Shown: piece by piece, positions 63,602-64,000 of the stretch | How the letters are laid out: each line of letters starts with the position of its first letter | Numbering within the stretch: the stretch's first letter is position 1 | DNA from: Candidatus Falkowbacteria bacterium | GTDB taxonomy: Bacteria; Patescibacteriota; Patescibacteriia; Patescibacteriales; UBA12465 | Length of the DNA stretch: 64,000 nt | Reading direction: 5' to 3' | Assembly: GCA_903847415.1 (NCBI GenBank) | Contig: CAINDR010000015.1 | Coordinates: forward strand, 33,872 to 97,871 | Notes under the pieces: generated by a model | What the model was told of the DNA's origin: nothing | What the model saw: only the letters and a program-made list of their open reading frames with translations | Databases searched by the model: none | Position numbers and translations under genes: made by a program

Positions 63602-64000
63602 ATGATGGAGAATAAGAAGAAAGTTAGTTTTTTAATCATGGCACTTGCCTTGATCATGATCGCTCTAATTGTTTGGTTTGTGGTAAGTAGAAATAAAAAA
63701 GCTGCTCTTAACGAACAGGTGCTTGATCAAAATGGTCAAATTGTTGGTTCGGACAAGCTAATTAATACCAGTACTCCAGGTAATCAACCTCGTGATTATC
63801 GTAAATTTGATGTCTCCAAAGAACCAAAAAGAGAAGCAGATGCTGAGGCAGTCAAAAAAATTGCGATGTCTTTTGCGGAACGATTTGGGTCATTTTCAAA
63901 TCATTCTAATTATGCAAATATTGAAGATTTAAAAATTTTTATGACGAAAAGTATGTCCGAGTGGGCAGAAAAATATTTACTTGATTTGAAGAAAGAAAAA
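63602..64000 (+). CDS. Bitopic membrane protein of T4SS locus (partial, runs off window)
   Basis: ATG 63602, N-terminal TM, FAERFGSFSN; open to window end. Confidence 0.7.
   Translation, partial: MMENKKKVSFLIMALALIMIALIVWFVVSRNKKAALNEQVLDQNGQIVGSDKLINTSTPGNQPRDYRKFDVSKEPKREADAEAVKKIAMSFAERFGSFSNHSNYANIEDLKIFMTKSMSEWAEKYLLDLKKEK

Noticed and set aside
1-64000. CRISPR array or cas genes (including RT-Cas1)
   Set aside because: No regularly spaced direct repeats or cas-like ORFs seen
1-64000. Alternative genetic code (UGA=Gly, as in Gracilibacteria/Absconditabacteria)
   Set aside because: Long genes are intact under code 11 and TGA terminates genes at ATGA overlaps (e.g. 1842, 2610)

Overview
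AT-rich bacterial chromosome segment, genetic code 11 (TGA used as stop), with most genes on + and few Shine-Dalgarno motifs. Gene content (PrgI/VirB4/VirB6-like T4SS block, stand-alone TraD-like ATPase, class III RNR) resembles Patescibacteria/CPR (Parcubacteria-like); this is an inference. 1-~24.1 kb is the right part of a siphovirus-type prophage: HK97 capsid, head-tail and tail genes with a -1 frameshifted tail chaperone, holin/amidase lysis, then a ~10.4 kb defence-like cargo (type I R-M, membrane HerA-like ATPase, PD-(D/E)xK-DUF5655-like nuclease, TIGR04255-like triplet) and a tyrosine integrase. Host genes follow: nrdR-nrdD (split, glycyl-radical peptide on a separate 48-aa ORF)-nrdG, cell-envelope/division genes, tRNA-Thr(CGT), tRNA-Gln(TTG), a zur-znuACB operon, two ECF sigma/anti-sigma pairs, a MacAB-like exporter and the T4SS block. 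The best novelty candidate is at 44.4-49.1 kb: a ~185-nt structured non-coding leader closed by a perfect 12-bp inverted repeat, followed by overlapping genes for a group II-like reverse transcriptase (VGDD), an ABC transporter with a degenerate ATPase domain and a membrane-anchored phospholipase D-family protein. It lacks the hallmarks of a group II intron, DGR, canonical retron or CRISPR-RT. All calls are from motif reading only; no searches were run.
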